From assembly GCA_035519475.1 (NCBI GenBank), contig DATIWI010000179.1:29499-93498 (forward strand): a stretch of DNA of 64,000 nucleotides, in the 5' to 3' direction. A model generated the notes under the pieces. It was not told the DNA's origin. It did not search any database and worked only from the letters and a program-made list of their open reading frames with translations. Position 1 is the first letter of the stretch. Every line of letters starts with the position of its first letter. The translations under genes and the position numbers were made by a program. Source of the stretch: Opitutaceae bacterium. GTDB taxonomy: Bacteria; Verrucomicrobiota; Verrucomicrobiia; Opitutales; Opitutaceae. Below are positions 49,162 through 58,724 of the stretch, in pieces.

Positions 49162-49248
49162 ATCCCGTCCCTTGATGCCGGCAAAGCCCGGTGCTCCGGC
49201 ATTGCGTCACCCTCGGCCGCCGGTATGTATTGGGCTCCTCGCCTCCCC

Positions 49249-49548
49249 ATGAAAAGCGCCTACGAACTCGCCATGGAGCGCCTGCGGGCCTCGGATCCCG
49301 CCGCCGGCGCCCCGCTCACCGCCGGGCAGAAGGCCCGGCTCGCTGACATCGAACGAGTTTACCTGGGCAAGATTGCCGAACGGGAGATTTTCCTGAAGAA
49401 GCAGCTCGATGACCTGCTGGCGGCGGGCAACGAGGAGGAAGCCGAGAAGGTCAGGCGCCAACTGGTCAGCGAGAGGGTCCGCCTGGCCGAGGAGAAGGAG
49501 GCGGAGAAGGAGAAGGTGCGCCGGGAACAGGCGCCGCCCGCGCCGTAG
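49249..49548 (+). CDS. Hypothetical coiled-coil protein
   Basis: Charged helical sequence. Start at MKSAYELAMERL (ATG at 49249; the track start is 49225). Confidence 0.4.
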   Translation: MKSAYELAMERLRASDPAAGAPLTAGQKARLADIERVYLGKIAEREIFLKKQLDDLLAAGNEEEAEKVRRQLVSERVRLAEEKEAEKEKVRREQAPPAP

Positions 49549-49556
49549 GGCGCGGC

Positions 49557-50330
49557 TCAGTCCACGAACTCAAACTCCGCCACCAGCATGTGATGGTCCG
49601 AGGCCGGCGTCTGCCGCACTGCGTGGCGCACCGGCCGCAGGAAGCGGTTGTAGAAGAGGTGATCGAGCACGTAGGGCTGGCGGCGCCACGTGGCTTCCTC
49701 GGTCTGCACCGTTTGATAGCCGGCCTTGGCGAATTGGGTCACGAGCGAGTCATGCTGGCGGACATTGAAATCGCCGCCCAGCACCGTGGGGCCCGCCACG
49801 TCGCGCAATTGATCGACGAGAAACTGCCGCTGGCTGGTGTTCTCCTCGCTGCTGGCACTGAGCATGAACCAAGCAAGCAGGTGAGTGTTGAAGAGCTGCA
49901 GCGCCCGGCCATCGATGGCGGTCTTCGCCCCGATCAGCAGCCGGTCGGTGGGGGTCTTCCGCTCGCCGCGAAAATGAAACTCGACCGCCGGCGACGGCAG
50001 GTCGCGCCGCACCGTGTCGCCCAGCGGGGTTTTCGAAAGGATCGCCAGCCCGATGCCAAACGGCAGTTCCCGGGGGTCCGGTTTGGGGTAGGAGAAGAAA
50101 CTATCATAGTCCGTCAGCGCGTCGCGCAGGCGGGAGAAATTGGGAGGAGGATCGGGCTGCACGCCGCCCGGTCGGCACTGTTCGACTTCCTGCAGCAGCA
50201 CGATGTCGGCCTCGTGGCCGCGAATCTCGCCGATGGTGACGTCAAGGTTGACCGGAGCGACGTCGGGATTCGCTTCGTTCCAGTTCTGTCCAAACTGCAT
50301 GTTGAACTGCAGGACCTTGAACGCGCACAT
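49557..50330 (-). CDS. Endonuclease/exonuclease/phosphatase (EEP) family protein
   Basis: Blocks VLQFNMQFG, DIVLLQEV, GGDFN and SDHHML are typical of the EEP fold. Confidence 0.8.
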   Translation of the reverse strand: MCAFKVLQFNMQFGQNWNEANPDVAPVNLDVTIGEIRGHEADIVLLQEVEQCRPGGVQPDPPPNFSRLRDALTDYDSFFSYPKPDPRELPFGIGLAILSKTPLGDTVRRDLPSPAVEFHFRGERKTPTDRLLIGAKTAIDGRALQLFNTHLLAWFMLSASSEENTSQRQFLVDQLRDVAGPTVLGGDFNVRQHDSLVTQFAKAGYQTVQTEEATWRRQPYVLDHLFYNRFLRPVRHAVRQTPASDHHMLVAEFEFVD

Positions 50331-50520
50331 GAGAACGGAGCGTTGTGCCGGGGTTAGGACGGGGGAGGGATTGCCAATCCTGCCGGGCCGAAACGCGCCG
50401 CGGGCGGCTCAGTCAGCCGGGAAGAATCTGACAAGATCATGATTGGCAGCCGATTGGAATGCTTCCGACCCACGGCCTGTTCGCAAGTCTATTCTCGCCC
50501 GGAAATGCGGCCGGAAGCAG

Positions 50521-51867
50521 TCACTCCGGCTCGGCAGTGCCTTCCGTCACCCACTCCTTCGCCTCCGGAACCTGTCGGAAGAACTCCCGAAGCGCGGCGC
50601 CAAGGTGTTCCGCATAGCGAAAATGGGCGCCGAGACCGGTACGAAGCTCGGCCTCGTAGATGAACTTGTCGGCGTGGGTCCCGTGCTCGAACGGCGTCTG
50701 CGCGCCGAGCAGGAGTGAGTAGACATAGGCGGGCGATCCCCGCCGGAGCAGCTCGGCCGTGAGCGCGACTTGATCGGCGAGCAACGCGGCGTGGGGGGCG
50801 CGCGGCACTTCGGGCGGCAGGTAGAAGCCGGCCTGGATCAGCGGCGTATAGCGATGGCCGGTCCGGTGGCGATTGAGGTCGCGCAGTTCGGCCAGGGCGA
50901 GGTTGTTCCAGGCGAACGTCACCCGCATGCGGCGGATGGCCGCACCGCTCCGTCCGTAGCGGTTGGCCCGGTGGCGCAACGCCTCGGCCACCGGCTGGTC
51001 CTCGGACAACCACGGCGGCGTGTCGCGATCGACCTTCACCCAGACCGCGTCGGCGAGCGGTTCCGCGGTGAGGCGCTCGAGCCCGAGCCGGAGCGCCGCC
51101 GCCAGCTCCTGCCGCGCCTCTTCCTCGTAGGAGGATTCCGCGTCGCTGTGGCGCAGGAGCCGCGGCGAAAGCTTGAGGAGTTCGGTGCGAATGGCCCCGG
51201 CGGCGGCCCGCGCCTCGGGCTGCGGGAGCGAAGCGAGGTGCTTCACCGTCTGCGCCCACATGCGCGAAGTCTGCACCAGCGCGAGACTGGTGCGGGTGGC
51301 CAGGGGAACGAAATAACGGGCGCGGTCCAGGGCGTAGTTCTTGCGGATGCGGGCGACCACCGCCGGCTTGGCACCCGGCGGGACCCGCACGCGCGCCGGC
51401 TCCTGCCCGCCCAGCGCCTCCAGGCGGGCGCACTCGGCATGATAGGCCGCAAAAGCCCGCGCCATGAGCTCCCGCCAGCGCGGCGCGAGGTCGTCGGGCA
51501 GGCCGAGCTCCACGGGCGACGGCAGATTAACGGCGTCCATCGCGATGTAGCGCGTGCTCGCTTCCTGGCCGTCGGCCATCGGGGAAATCTCAAATATCTT
51601 GTACGCCAGCCACATCGAGACGTCGTCGACCGCGACGGCGAGACCGCCGGTGAGGCCGCCGATCGAGGCGTGCCCGTAATCGACGAATTTGAGGATGCGA
51701 TCGATGGACTCGTCGGGATGGGCGACGTCGACCTTCGCGAGGATCTTCGCCAGACCCTCGTTGCTGCGGGAGTAGCGCGCCAGCACCGAGGCGAGGAGCT
51801 CCGGCGTCACTTGGGGCAGATCAGCGGCGGCCGGCGGCGGGACGAGGGCGAGCGCGGTGACTTTCAT
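50521..51867 (-). CDS. Divergent, double-length ThyX-like (flavin-dependent thymidylate synthase superfamily) protein
   Basis: The first half has YGHASIGG...GQEASTRY. The second half has TFAWNNLALAELRDLNRHRTGHRY. Both resemble the ThyX core (GHxS...RHR...S...RY) with deviations. Start trimmed to MKVTALA (ATG at 51867). Confidence 0.5.
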   Translation of the reverse strand: MKVTALALVPPPAAADLPQVTPELLASVLARYSRSNEGLAKILAKVDVAHPDESIDRILKFVDYGHASIGGLTGGLAVAVDDVSMWLAYKIFEISPMADGQEASTRYIAMDAVNLPSPVELGLPDDLAPRWRELMARAFAAYHAECARLEALGGQEPARVRVPPGAKPAVVARIRKNYALDRARYFVPLATRTSLALVQTSRMWAQTVKHLASLPQPEARAAAGAIRTELLKLSPRLLRHSDAESSYEEEARQELAAALRLGLERLTAEPLADAVWVKVDRDTPPWLSEDQPVAEALRHRANRYGRSGAAIRRMRVTFAWNNLALAELRDLNRHRTGHRYTPLIQAGFYLPPEVPRAPHAALLADQVALTAELLRRGSPAYVYSLLLGAQTPFEHGTHADKFIYEAELRTGLGAHFRYAEHLGAALREFFRQVPEAKEWVTEGTAEPE

Positions 51868-51982
51868 GCAGCGGGGTTCGCTTCCGAAAGCACAGAGGCA
51901 GGGGCGAGAAAGCAACGAATAAGCGCGAGCGATGCGCCCCGCCATCCCCGCCTGGCGCGGAGCTGGCGCTCGGCGCGGGCGT

Positions 51983-53524
51983 TCAACGCAAGACGAGCCA
52001 TTCGCCAATCGCCCCCTGATAGAAGCCGAGGACGACCGACGCGACGGCCAGCACAACCATCGCTGTGCCGGCGGCCAATCCCACCCGGGCGACCGCCGGT
52101 GCTGGCGTCTCGCCGGGCCCGGCCGGCACCTCTGGCGTCGGGAAGAACGCCGCCCGCATCCAGCCAAAGTAGTAATAAATCGAGATCACCACACCGGCCA
52201 CGGCCACCAGCAGCAAGCCGTAGAGGCCCGCCTTGAAGGCGGCGATGAACACGAGCAGCTTGCCCATGAATCCGGCCAGCGGCGGGATGCCGGCGAGCGA
52301 ACCGAGCCCCACGGCCAGCACCGCGCCAAGAAACGGCCGTTCGCGCGCCAGGTTGGCGTAATGCTCAAGCTCCTGGTCGGCGTCGCGGTCGCCCGCGACA
52401 TGCGCCATCACCGCGAACACGGCGAACGACGCCAGCAGGTAGGCCAGCAGGTAAAAGTAGACGGCGCCCACTGCGAGCGGTTCGCGATAGATGGCGGCAA
52501 TCACGCCGAGGAGCAGGTAGCCGGCGTGCGAGATGCCCGACAGGCCCATCAGGCGCTTGACGTTGTGCTGGGAAAGCGCGGCGAGGTTGCCGAAGAGGAT
52601 GGTGGCGGCCGCCATCACCGAGAGGACGGGCACGATGGCGTCCTGCAGCGGGCTGAAGACGCCCAGCACCAGCAGGAGCAGCACCGCGAACCCCCCGGCC
52701 TTGGAGGCGACGGCAAGAAACGCGGTCACCGGCGTCGGCGCGCCTTGGTAGACATCGGGGATCCAGATCTGGAAGGGCACCGCGCCAATCTTGAAGGCCA
52801 CGCCCGCGAGCACGAGCAAGGCGCCGATATTGGCTAGGAAGTTGTCGGGATTGGCCGCGAGGAAACCGCGCAGCGCGCCGAAGCTCATGGGTTCGGCGGT
52901 GGCCCCGGGCAGGGCGCGGTTGCCGGCCACGCCATAGAGCAGGACGATGCCGAAAAGCAGGATGGCCGAGCTGAGCGCCCCGAGGATGAGGTACTTGAGG
53001 CCGGCCTCGAGCGAGGCCGCGCTCGTGCGAAAGTAGCTCACGAGAATGTAGAAGCCGACCGTGACCGTCTCCAGCGCCACAAAGAACATCACGAAATGAT
53101 TGCTCTGCACGAGGAGCATCAGCGCCGCCGTGACCACCAGCACGATGTGGTAGAACTCGGTCCGGGGCACGGGCTGGCGGTCCAGCGTGATCATCCCGAG
53201 CAGGCAGACGAGGAGGGCGCTGAGCAGGAAGAACACCCGCATGAACTGGCCGCCCTCGGTGTGACGCAACAGCCCGCCGAACGTCAGGCTGCTGGCGCTA
53301 TTGAGAAAGGCCGTGTGGAAATTGATCGCCACGCCCACGAGCACGGCCAGCAGGCTGACCAGGGCGACCGCCGGGATCAGCGCCCGCTGGGCCTTGGGCA
53401 GCACCAATTCAAGCACGAGCAGCGCCAAGGCGATGCAGCCCAGCATCAGCTCGGGGAAGACCGCCACCCACTGGTTGGAGTCGGCGGCGGCCTGGAGGGC
53501 GGACAGATTGACGGCGGCAAGCAT
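51983..53524 (-). CDS. nuoN: NADH-quinone oxidoreductase subunit N
   Basis: 14-TM antiporter-like subunit in the last position of the nuo gene order. Confidence 0.9.
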   Translation of the reverse strand: MLAAVNLSALQAAADSNQWVAVFPELMLGCIALALLVLELVLPKAQRALIPAVALVSLLAVLVGVAINFHTAFLNSASSLTFGGLLRHTEGGQFMRVFFLLSALLVCLLGMITLDRQPVPRTEFYHIVLVVTAALMLLVQSNHFVMFFVALETVTVGFYILVSYFRTSAASLEAGLKYLILGALSSAILLFGIVLLYGVAGNRALPGATAEPMSFGALRGFLAANPDNFLANIGALLVLAGVAFKIGAVPFQIWIPDVYQGAPTPVTAFLAVASKAGGFAVLLLLVLGVFSPLQDAIVPVLSVMAAATILFGNLAALSQHNVKRLMGLSGISHAGYLLLGVIAAIYREPLAVGAVYFYLLAYLLASFAVFAVMAHVAGDRDADQELEHYANLARERPFLGAVLAVGLGSLAGIPPLAGFMGKLLVFIAAFKAGLYGLLLVAVAGVVISIYYYFGWMRAAFFPTPEVPAGPGETPAPAVARVGLAAGTAMVVLAVASVVLGFYQGAIGEWLVLR

Positions 53525-53533
53525 GGCGGCGGG

Positions 53534-55129
53534 TTACTTGGCGGCGGCGAGTTGGGCGGCCGCGACAGCGGGCGGGAGAGTCTGGAGCGCCTGATTGAGC
53601 GGACCCGAGATCGAGCGCGGCCAGACGCCGACGAACAGGAGCGCGGCGAGAAGAATCAAGGCGGGCAGCCGCTCGCTCCAGCGCAGATCGGCCGGGGGCC
53701 GGCTGGCGGCAACCCGCGCGAATTCCGGCGTCGGCGGCCCGAAGAACACCCGCGCCACCGCGCGCAGGCCGTAGACGGCGGAGATGATGATCCCGGCGGC
53801 GGCCGCCGCCGTCATCCATGGCGAGTAGCCCCACAGGGCCACGAAGATGGTGAGTTCGCCCCAGAAATTGGCGAAACCCGGCAGACCGATGCTCGCGAGC
53901 ATGGCGGCCGCGAAGAACGCCGCGAGCACCGGAGCCATCGGCGCCAGACCGCCCATCTCGGCGAGCTCAAAGGTCTGCGTTCGATGGTAGATGCTCGTCG
54001 AGAGCAGGAAGAGCAGCGCGACCGACAGGCCGTGCCCGACCATGAGCAGCACCACGCCCCCGGCGCCCAGCGTCGACAGGCAGGCCACGCCCAGGAAAGC
54101 ATAGCCCATGTGCATGACCGAGCTGTAGCCCACCAGCTGCTTCAGGTCGCGCTGGGCCATGGTGACAAACCCGATCACCAGGACGTTGCCCAAGGCCAGC
54201 CAGGCCAGCAGTCCGGTCCACGTGGCATGCAGCGGCGGCAGCCCCGGCAGGGCGAGGGTGAGGCCCGCGGTCCCCCCCGCGGGCAACAGCGGCAGCGCGA
54301 TCTGGATCAGGCCATAGAGGCCGAACTTCTTGAGCACGCCGGCATGGAGCATCGCCGCCGAGCTGGGCGCGGCGCCGTACCCGAGCGGAGCCCACGTGTG
54401 GAACGGCCAGAGCGAAACGAGGATGCCGAAGCCGAACAGGAGCAGGCCGAAGAGGTATTTCTGCAGGCTCCCGCGCAGGGGCGCCTCCGCGAGCGCCAGT
54501 CGCAGGTTGATCAGATCGAAGCTCTCCACGCCGCTCTTCTGATAGAGGGCGATGAGTCCGACCAGCGAGAGCATGGCCCCGACGGTGAGGTAGACCGCCA
54601 TCTTCATCGCCGCATAGCGGTTGACGCCCGCGCGGCGGGTTCCCCAGACGCCGACCATGATGAACGTCGGAATGAGCGCGAGCTCGTGGAAGAAATAGAA
54701 GAAGAACAGGTCGATCGAGGCGAAGGCGCCCAGCAGGCCGCCCTGCATGAGCAGCAGCAGCAGCAGGTAGATCTTCAGCCGGGCGGCGCCCGACTGCAGG
54801 GCGTAGAGGCCGGCGGCGAGACCGACGACGCCCGCCAGCACGAACAGCGGCAGCGAGATGCCATTCAGGCCCAGCGTCAGATGAATGCCCATCTTCTCCA
54901 GCCCCAAGGCGTGGAGACTGTAGAACGCGAAACCCAGGCGCGCCGCCGGAATCGCCTCGTAGGCGGGAAACTGGCTCCACAGCCAGAGCGCAATGAGGGC
55001 CGGCACGGCGAAGGCCGCCGCGGCCAGCTTGGTCGCGAACCGCTTCGGCAGGCCGAACGCAATGGCCCCCGCCGCGGCGAGCGGCGTGGCCACGGCCAGC
55101 AGAACGAGGTTTGAGTTCACGACATCCAT
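53534..55129 (-). CDS. nuoM: NADH-quinone oxidoreductase subunit M
   Basis: Antiporter-like subunit between nuoL and nuoN, with conserved WLPDAH-type blocks (HTWAPLGYGAAPS). Confidence 0.9.
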   Translation of the reverse strand: MDVVNSNLVLLAVATPLAAAGAIAFGLPKRFATKLAAAAFAVPALIALWLWSQFPAYEAIPAARLGFAFYSLHALGLEKMGIHLTLGLNGISLPLFVLAGVVGLAAGLYALQSGAARLKIYLLLLLLMQGGLLGAFASIDLFFFYFFHELALIPTFIMVGVWGTRRAGVNRYAAMKMAVYLTVGAMLSLVGLIALYQKSGVESFDLINLRLALAEAPLRGSLQKYLFGLLLFGFGILVSLWPFHTWAPLGYGAAPSSAAMLHAGVLKKFGLYGLIQIALPLLPAGGTAGLTLALPGLPPLHATWTGLLAWLALGNVLVIGFVTMAQRDLKQLVGYSSVMHMGYAFLGVACLSTLGAGGVVLLMVGHGLSVALLFLLSTSIYHRTQTFELAEMGGLAPMAPVLAAFFAAAMLASIGLPGFANFWGELTIFVALWGYSPWMTAAAAAGIIISAVYGLRAVARVFFGPPTPEFARVAASRPPADLRWSERLPALILLAALLFVGVWPRSISGPLNQALQTLPPAVAAAQLAAAK

Positions 55130-55144
55130 GGTGGCGAATTGAAG

Positions 55145-57067
55145 CTAGAAGACTCCGGCCGCGAAGCCCCACAGGAGCGCCACGCCCAGCAGGAACCAGT
55201 AGACGTAGGCGCTGATCCGCCCGACATGGAGCGCCCGGGCACCCATGCCCACCAGGTCGACCACGCCCGCCCCGCCCCGGATGAGCCAGCCGGCGAGAAA
55301 CACCTGCTCCAGCACGTCGAGCAGCACCGCGAGGCGCTGCTGCACCTTGGCGACATAATAGCCGTACAAACGGTCGAAGGATTCCTTGAGCAGCGTCAGC
55401 ACCCCGAAAACGACCGGCACGCGGGTCTGCAGCGGATCGGCCGCCGCCGGCCGGTAGTACACGAGCGCGCCGAGCAGACCGATCAGCATGGCGCCGCTGC
55501 CGATCGCCACCATGGTCCAGTGGCTCGCGCCCTCCGGCTCCGGCACCAATCCCAGAATCCCCCGGAAGGCGCCGCCGAGCAGCCGGTCGTAGACGAATCC
55601 GTAGCCGCCGAGCGCGGCCCCGATCGCCAGGACAACCAGCGGGATGATCATGATTGCGCCGTTCTCACGCGCATGTTCCGCTGGCGCGGAGCGGGCGGCG
55701 CCGAAGAAGGTGATGCGCCAGAGGCGCGTCATGTAGAGCGCCGTCAGCACCGCCGTGAAGACGAGCACGCCGAACACGACGGAGTTCTTCTCATGCGCCA
55801 AGTACAGGATGGCGTCCTTGGAAAAGAAGCCGCCGAAGAACGGCATGCCGATGATCGCGAACACACCGACGGTGAAGGTCCCAAAAGTCCATGGCATCTT
55901 CTTCGCCAATCCGCCCAGTCTGAAGATGTCCTGCTCATGATGGCAGGCGTGGATGACCGAGCCGGAGCCGAGGAAGAGCAGCGCCTTGAAGAAGGCGTGC
56001 GTCGTGAGGTGGAACATTGCCGCGGCGGCGCCCGAGCCGATCACGACCGTCACGGCCGTGATCACCCCGCCGCCCGGCACCTGGAATCTCGGCGGCTGGG
56101 CGATCAGGTACGACCCCAAGCCGAACGCCGCGATCATGTAGCCCAGCTGCGAGAGCGTCGAGTAGGCCAGCACCCGCTTGATGTCGGTTTGCACGATCGC
56201 GCAGATTGCGGAATAGAGCGCCGTCAGCGTTCCGATCCACATGATCACCGTGAGGGCATCCGGCACCATGAGCACCTGGATGCGGCAGAGCATGTAGACG
56301 CCCGCGGCGACCATCGTGGCGGCGTGGATCAGGGCGGACACCGGCGTTGGGCCCTCCATGGCGTCGGGCAACCAGACCTGCAGCGGCATCTGCGCCGATT
56401 TCCCGACCGCGCCGCAGAAGAGCAGCAGCGGGATGGCGCGGCTGAAGACCAGGCCGCCCCCCGCCCCCTTGGCCGCCAGCTCGGTCAGATTGACGGTGTG
56501 GTTGAGCCAGTAGCAGGCGATGATCCCCAGCAGAAAACCGAAATCGCCGACCCGATTGACGACGAAAGCCTTCTTGGCGGCGTCCGACGCCGATGGTCGC
56601 TCATACCAATGGCCGATCAGCAGGTAGGAGCTGAAACCCACGAGCTCCCAGAAGATGAAAAGCATGAACAGATTGTCAGCCAGCACGATGCCGCCCATCG
56701 ACAGCATGAAGACCGACAGCCCCGCGAAGTACCGGCCCCGGGCGGGATCGTCGTGCATGTAGCCCAGGCTGAACACGTGGATGAAGAAGCCCACGATGCT
56801 CACGACGAAGAGCATCAGCGCGGCGAGATCGTCGAACTTCACCCCCAGCGAGACGGAGAAACTCCCCAGGCGCAGCCATTCGATCGCGGCGGGGAAATCG
56901 CGGTGGCCGCCGAAGATCAGGAGCGACGAAACCGCCGCCATGGCTGCCGCCGCCGCCACCGACACCGCCGCGGCCAGCGCGCCCCGGCGCCGCAGGAACA
57001 GCGCGATCACCGCGGCCGAGGCCAGCGGGATCAACAGGACGAGGGCGGTGAGCTGCGCTGGAGTCAT
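55145..57067 (-). CDS. nuoL: NADH-quinone oxidoreductase subunit L
   Basis: 640-aa antiporter-like subunit with a C-terminal lateral helix region. Contains QMPLQVWLPDAMEGPTPVSALIHAATMV. Confidence 0.92.
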   Translation of the reverse strand: MTPAQLTALVLLIPLASAAVIALFLRRRGALAAAVSVAAAAAMAAVSSLLIFGGHRDFPAAIEWLRLGSFSVSLGVKFDDLAALMLFVVSIVGFFIHVFSLGYMHDDPARGRYFAGLSVFMLSMGGIVLADNLFMLFIFWELVGFSSYLLIGHWYERPSASDAAKKAFVVNRVGDFGFLLGIIACYWLNHTVNLTELAAKGAGGGLVFSRAIPLLLFCGAVGKSAQMPLQVWLPDAMEGPTPVSALIHAATMVAAGVYMLCRIQVLMVPDALTVIMWIGTLTALYSAICAIVQTDIKRVLAYSTLSQLGYMIAAFGLGSYLIAQPPRFQVPGGGVITAVTVVIGSGAAAAMFHLTTHAFFKALLFLGSGSVIHACHHEQDIFRLGGLAKKMPWTFGTFTVGVFAIIGMPFFGGFFSKDAILYLAHEKNSVVFGVLVFTAVLTALYMTRLWRITFFGAARSAPAEHARENGAIMIIPLVVLAIGAALGGYGFVYDRLLGGAFRGILGLVPEPEGASHWTMVAIGSGAMLIGLLGALVYYRPAAADPLQTRVPVVFGVLTLLKESFDRLYGYYVAKVQQRLAVLLDVLEQVFLAGWLIRGGAGVVDLVGMGARALHVGRISAYVYWFLLGVALLWGFAAGVF

Positions 57068-57170
57068 GGCTCAGTCGTTGAAGCGCGCTTGCGCGCGATC
57101 CCATGACGGATTCGCCTGCGAGCAGGCTCCTGCAGGAGAGGGTCGATCGCGAAGCGAGGTCATGACGATA

Positions 57171-57518
57171 TCAGTTCTTCAGCGCGTCCAGCTCCTCGAC
57201 CTGCACGGTGCGGCGCAGGCGGAAGAGGGCAACGATGATGGCGAGGCCGACCGCCACCTCGGCGGCCGCAACCGTGATGATGAAGAAAACGAAGATGGGG
57301 CCGTCGCTGGTGCCGTTGTAGCGGGAGAAGGCGACGGCGGCGAGGGTGGCGGCGTTGAGCATCAGCTCGAGGCACATGTAGATCACGAGGGTGTTCCGGC
57401 GCACGAGCACCCCGAGGAAACCGACGGCGAACACCAGCACGCTCACGAGCAGGTAATGATTGAGCCCCACCGCGGCCGGCAGCCAGCCGACCAGGAGCAC
57501 CGGAGGCCACGAGTTCAT
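57171..57518 (-). CDS. nuoK: NADH-quinone oxidoreductase subunit K
   Basis: 115 aa with 3 TM segments, [11 protein letters not shown] and [11 protein letters not shown] motifs. Start trimmed to the ATG at 57518, overlapping the nuoJ stop (ATGA). Confidence 0.9.
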   Translation of the reverse strand: MNSWPPVLLVGWLPAAVGLNHYLLVSVLVFAVGFLGVLVRRNTLVIYMCLELMLNAATLAAVAFSRYNGTSDGPIFVFFIITVAAAEVAVGLAIIVALFRLRRTVQVEELDALKN

Positions 57519-58021
57519 CGGGCCGCCTCCTTTCCATCCAGGCGCCGGCTGATGACCACCACCCCGAGCATGGCCACCAGCAGGAGGAAGCCGGTCACCT
57601 CCACCGGTAGCAGGTAGGTGGTGAACAAGCGGGCGGAAAACTCCTTGAAGCCCGGCACCGCGGCCGGACTGCCCTCCGGCAGCCGGCCCCGCCCGAGGAA
57701 CGACACCAGGCCCAGCGTGAGCAGGGTCAGGGCGATCGCCGCGGCTGCGGCCGCCAGGGCCCGGTAGGGGTGGCGGCGGTCGCCACCCTGCACATCGAGC
57801 AGCATGACCACGAAAAGGAATAGCACCACGACGGCGCCGGCGTAAACGAGCACGAACACAAACGCCAGCAGGCCGGCATCCAGCAGCGTAAAAAGCGCGG
57901 CGATGCCGGCGAAACTGAGCAGCAGGCACAGGGCGGCGTTGACGGCGTTGCGGTTCGCCACCACGCCGGCGGAGGCCAGGACCGTCAGAAACGCGAACAG
58001 GTAGAACAGGAAATCGGCCAT
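57515..58021 (-). CDS. nuoJ: NADH-quinone oxidoreductase subunit J
   Basis: 168-aa 5-TM protein in the nuoJ position, with a typical [17 protein letters not shown]-terminus. Confidence 0.9.
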   Translation of the reverse strand: MADFLFYLFAFLTVLASAGVVANRNAVNAALCLLLSFAGIAALFTLLDAGLLAFVFVLVYAGAVVVLFLFVVMLLDVQGGDRRHPYRALAAAAAAIALTLLTLGLVSFLGRGRLPEGSPAAVPGFKEFSARLFTTYLLPVEVTGFLLLVAMLGVVVISRRLDGKEAAR

Positions 58022-58069
58022 GAACGGGGCGCGGGGTTAGTTGAAGCGGGAAGCGGAGGACATGGCAGT

Positions 58070-58612
58070 TCAGGCGTGCGCGCCGGCCTGCGCGGCCGCC
58101 GCCTTCTTCTTGTCCCATTTGAAATGCCGGTCGGGCAACGTGCCGCCCAACTCATAGAGCTTCGCCTTGTTATTGACCAGCTCGCCGCGCGAGTAGCCGC
58201 AGAGCGAGTAGACGTTCTGCAGCACGATGGCCTCCTCGGGGCAGACCTCTTCGCACAGGCCGCAATAGATGCAGCGCAGCATGTTGATCTCGAACTCCCG
58301 CGGCGCCTTCTCGACGTGGGCGGTGGGCGCGTCCGCCGGGATTTCGCCCGGCGTGATGCGGATGGCCTTGGGCGGGCAGACGAACTCGCAGAGCTGGCAG
58401 GACACGCATTTCTCCCGGCCATGGGGGTCCCTGACGAGCGTGGGCACACCGCGATAGCCCGGCGGAATCTCGGGCCGCTGCTCGGGATACTCCAGCGTCA
58501 CGCGCCGGCCGAAGAAGTGCCGGATGGTGATCAGCAGTCCGCCCAACACCTGCGGCAGGTAGGTGCGCTCGGCGAGCGTGAGCGGACGGCGTTCGACTGG
58601 GATGACGGCCAT
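58070..58612 (-). CDS. nuoI: NADH-quinone oxidoreductase subunit I (2x[4Fe-4S] ferredoxin)
   Basis: [12 protein letters not shown] and [12 protein letters not shown] cluster motifs. Confidence 0.95.
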   Translation of the reverse strand: MAVIPVERRPLTLAERTYLPQVLGGLLITIRHFFGRRVTLEYPEQRPEIPPGYRGVPTLVRDPHGREKCVSCQLCEFVCPPKAIRITPGEIPADAPTAHVEKAPREFEINMLRCIYCGLCEEVCPEEAIVLQNVYSLCGYSRGELVNNKAKLYELGGTLPDRHFKWDKKKAAAAQAGAHA

Positions 58613-58724
58613 GAGAGTGAAGAAAGATGGCGGAATTAGGAGGGAAGAGTCCGGCCAAGCGAAGGCGGCGGGATGACCGCGGATCCGTCCCGGACAAGGC
58701 CTGCGTCGCTGCTGAGTCGGCGGT

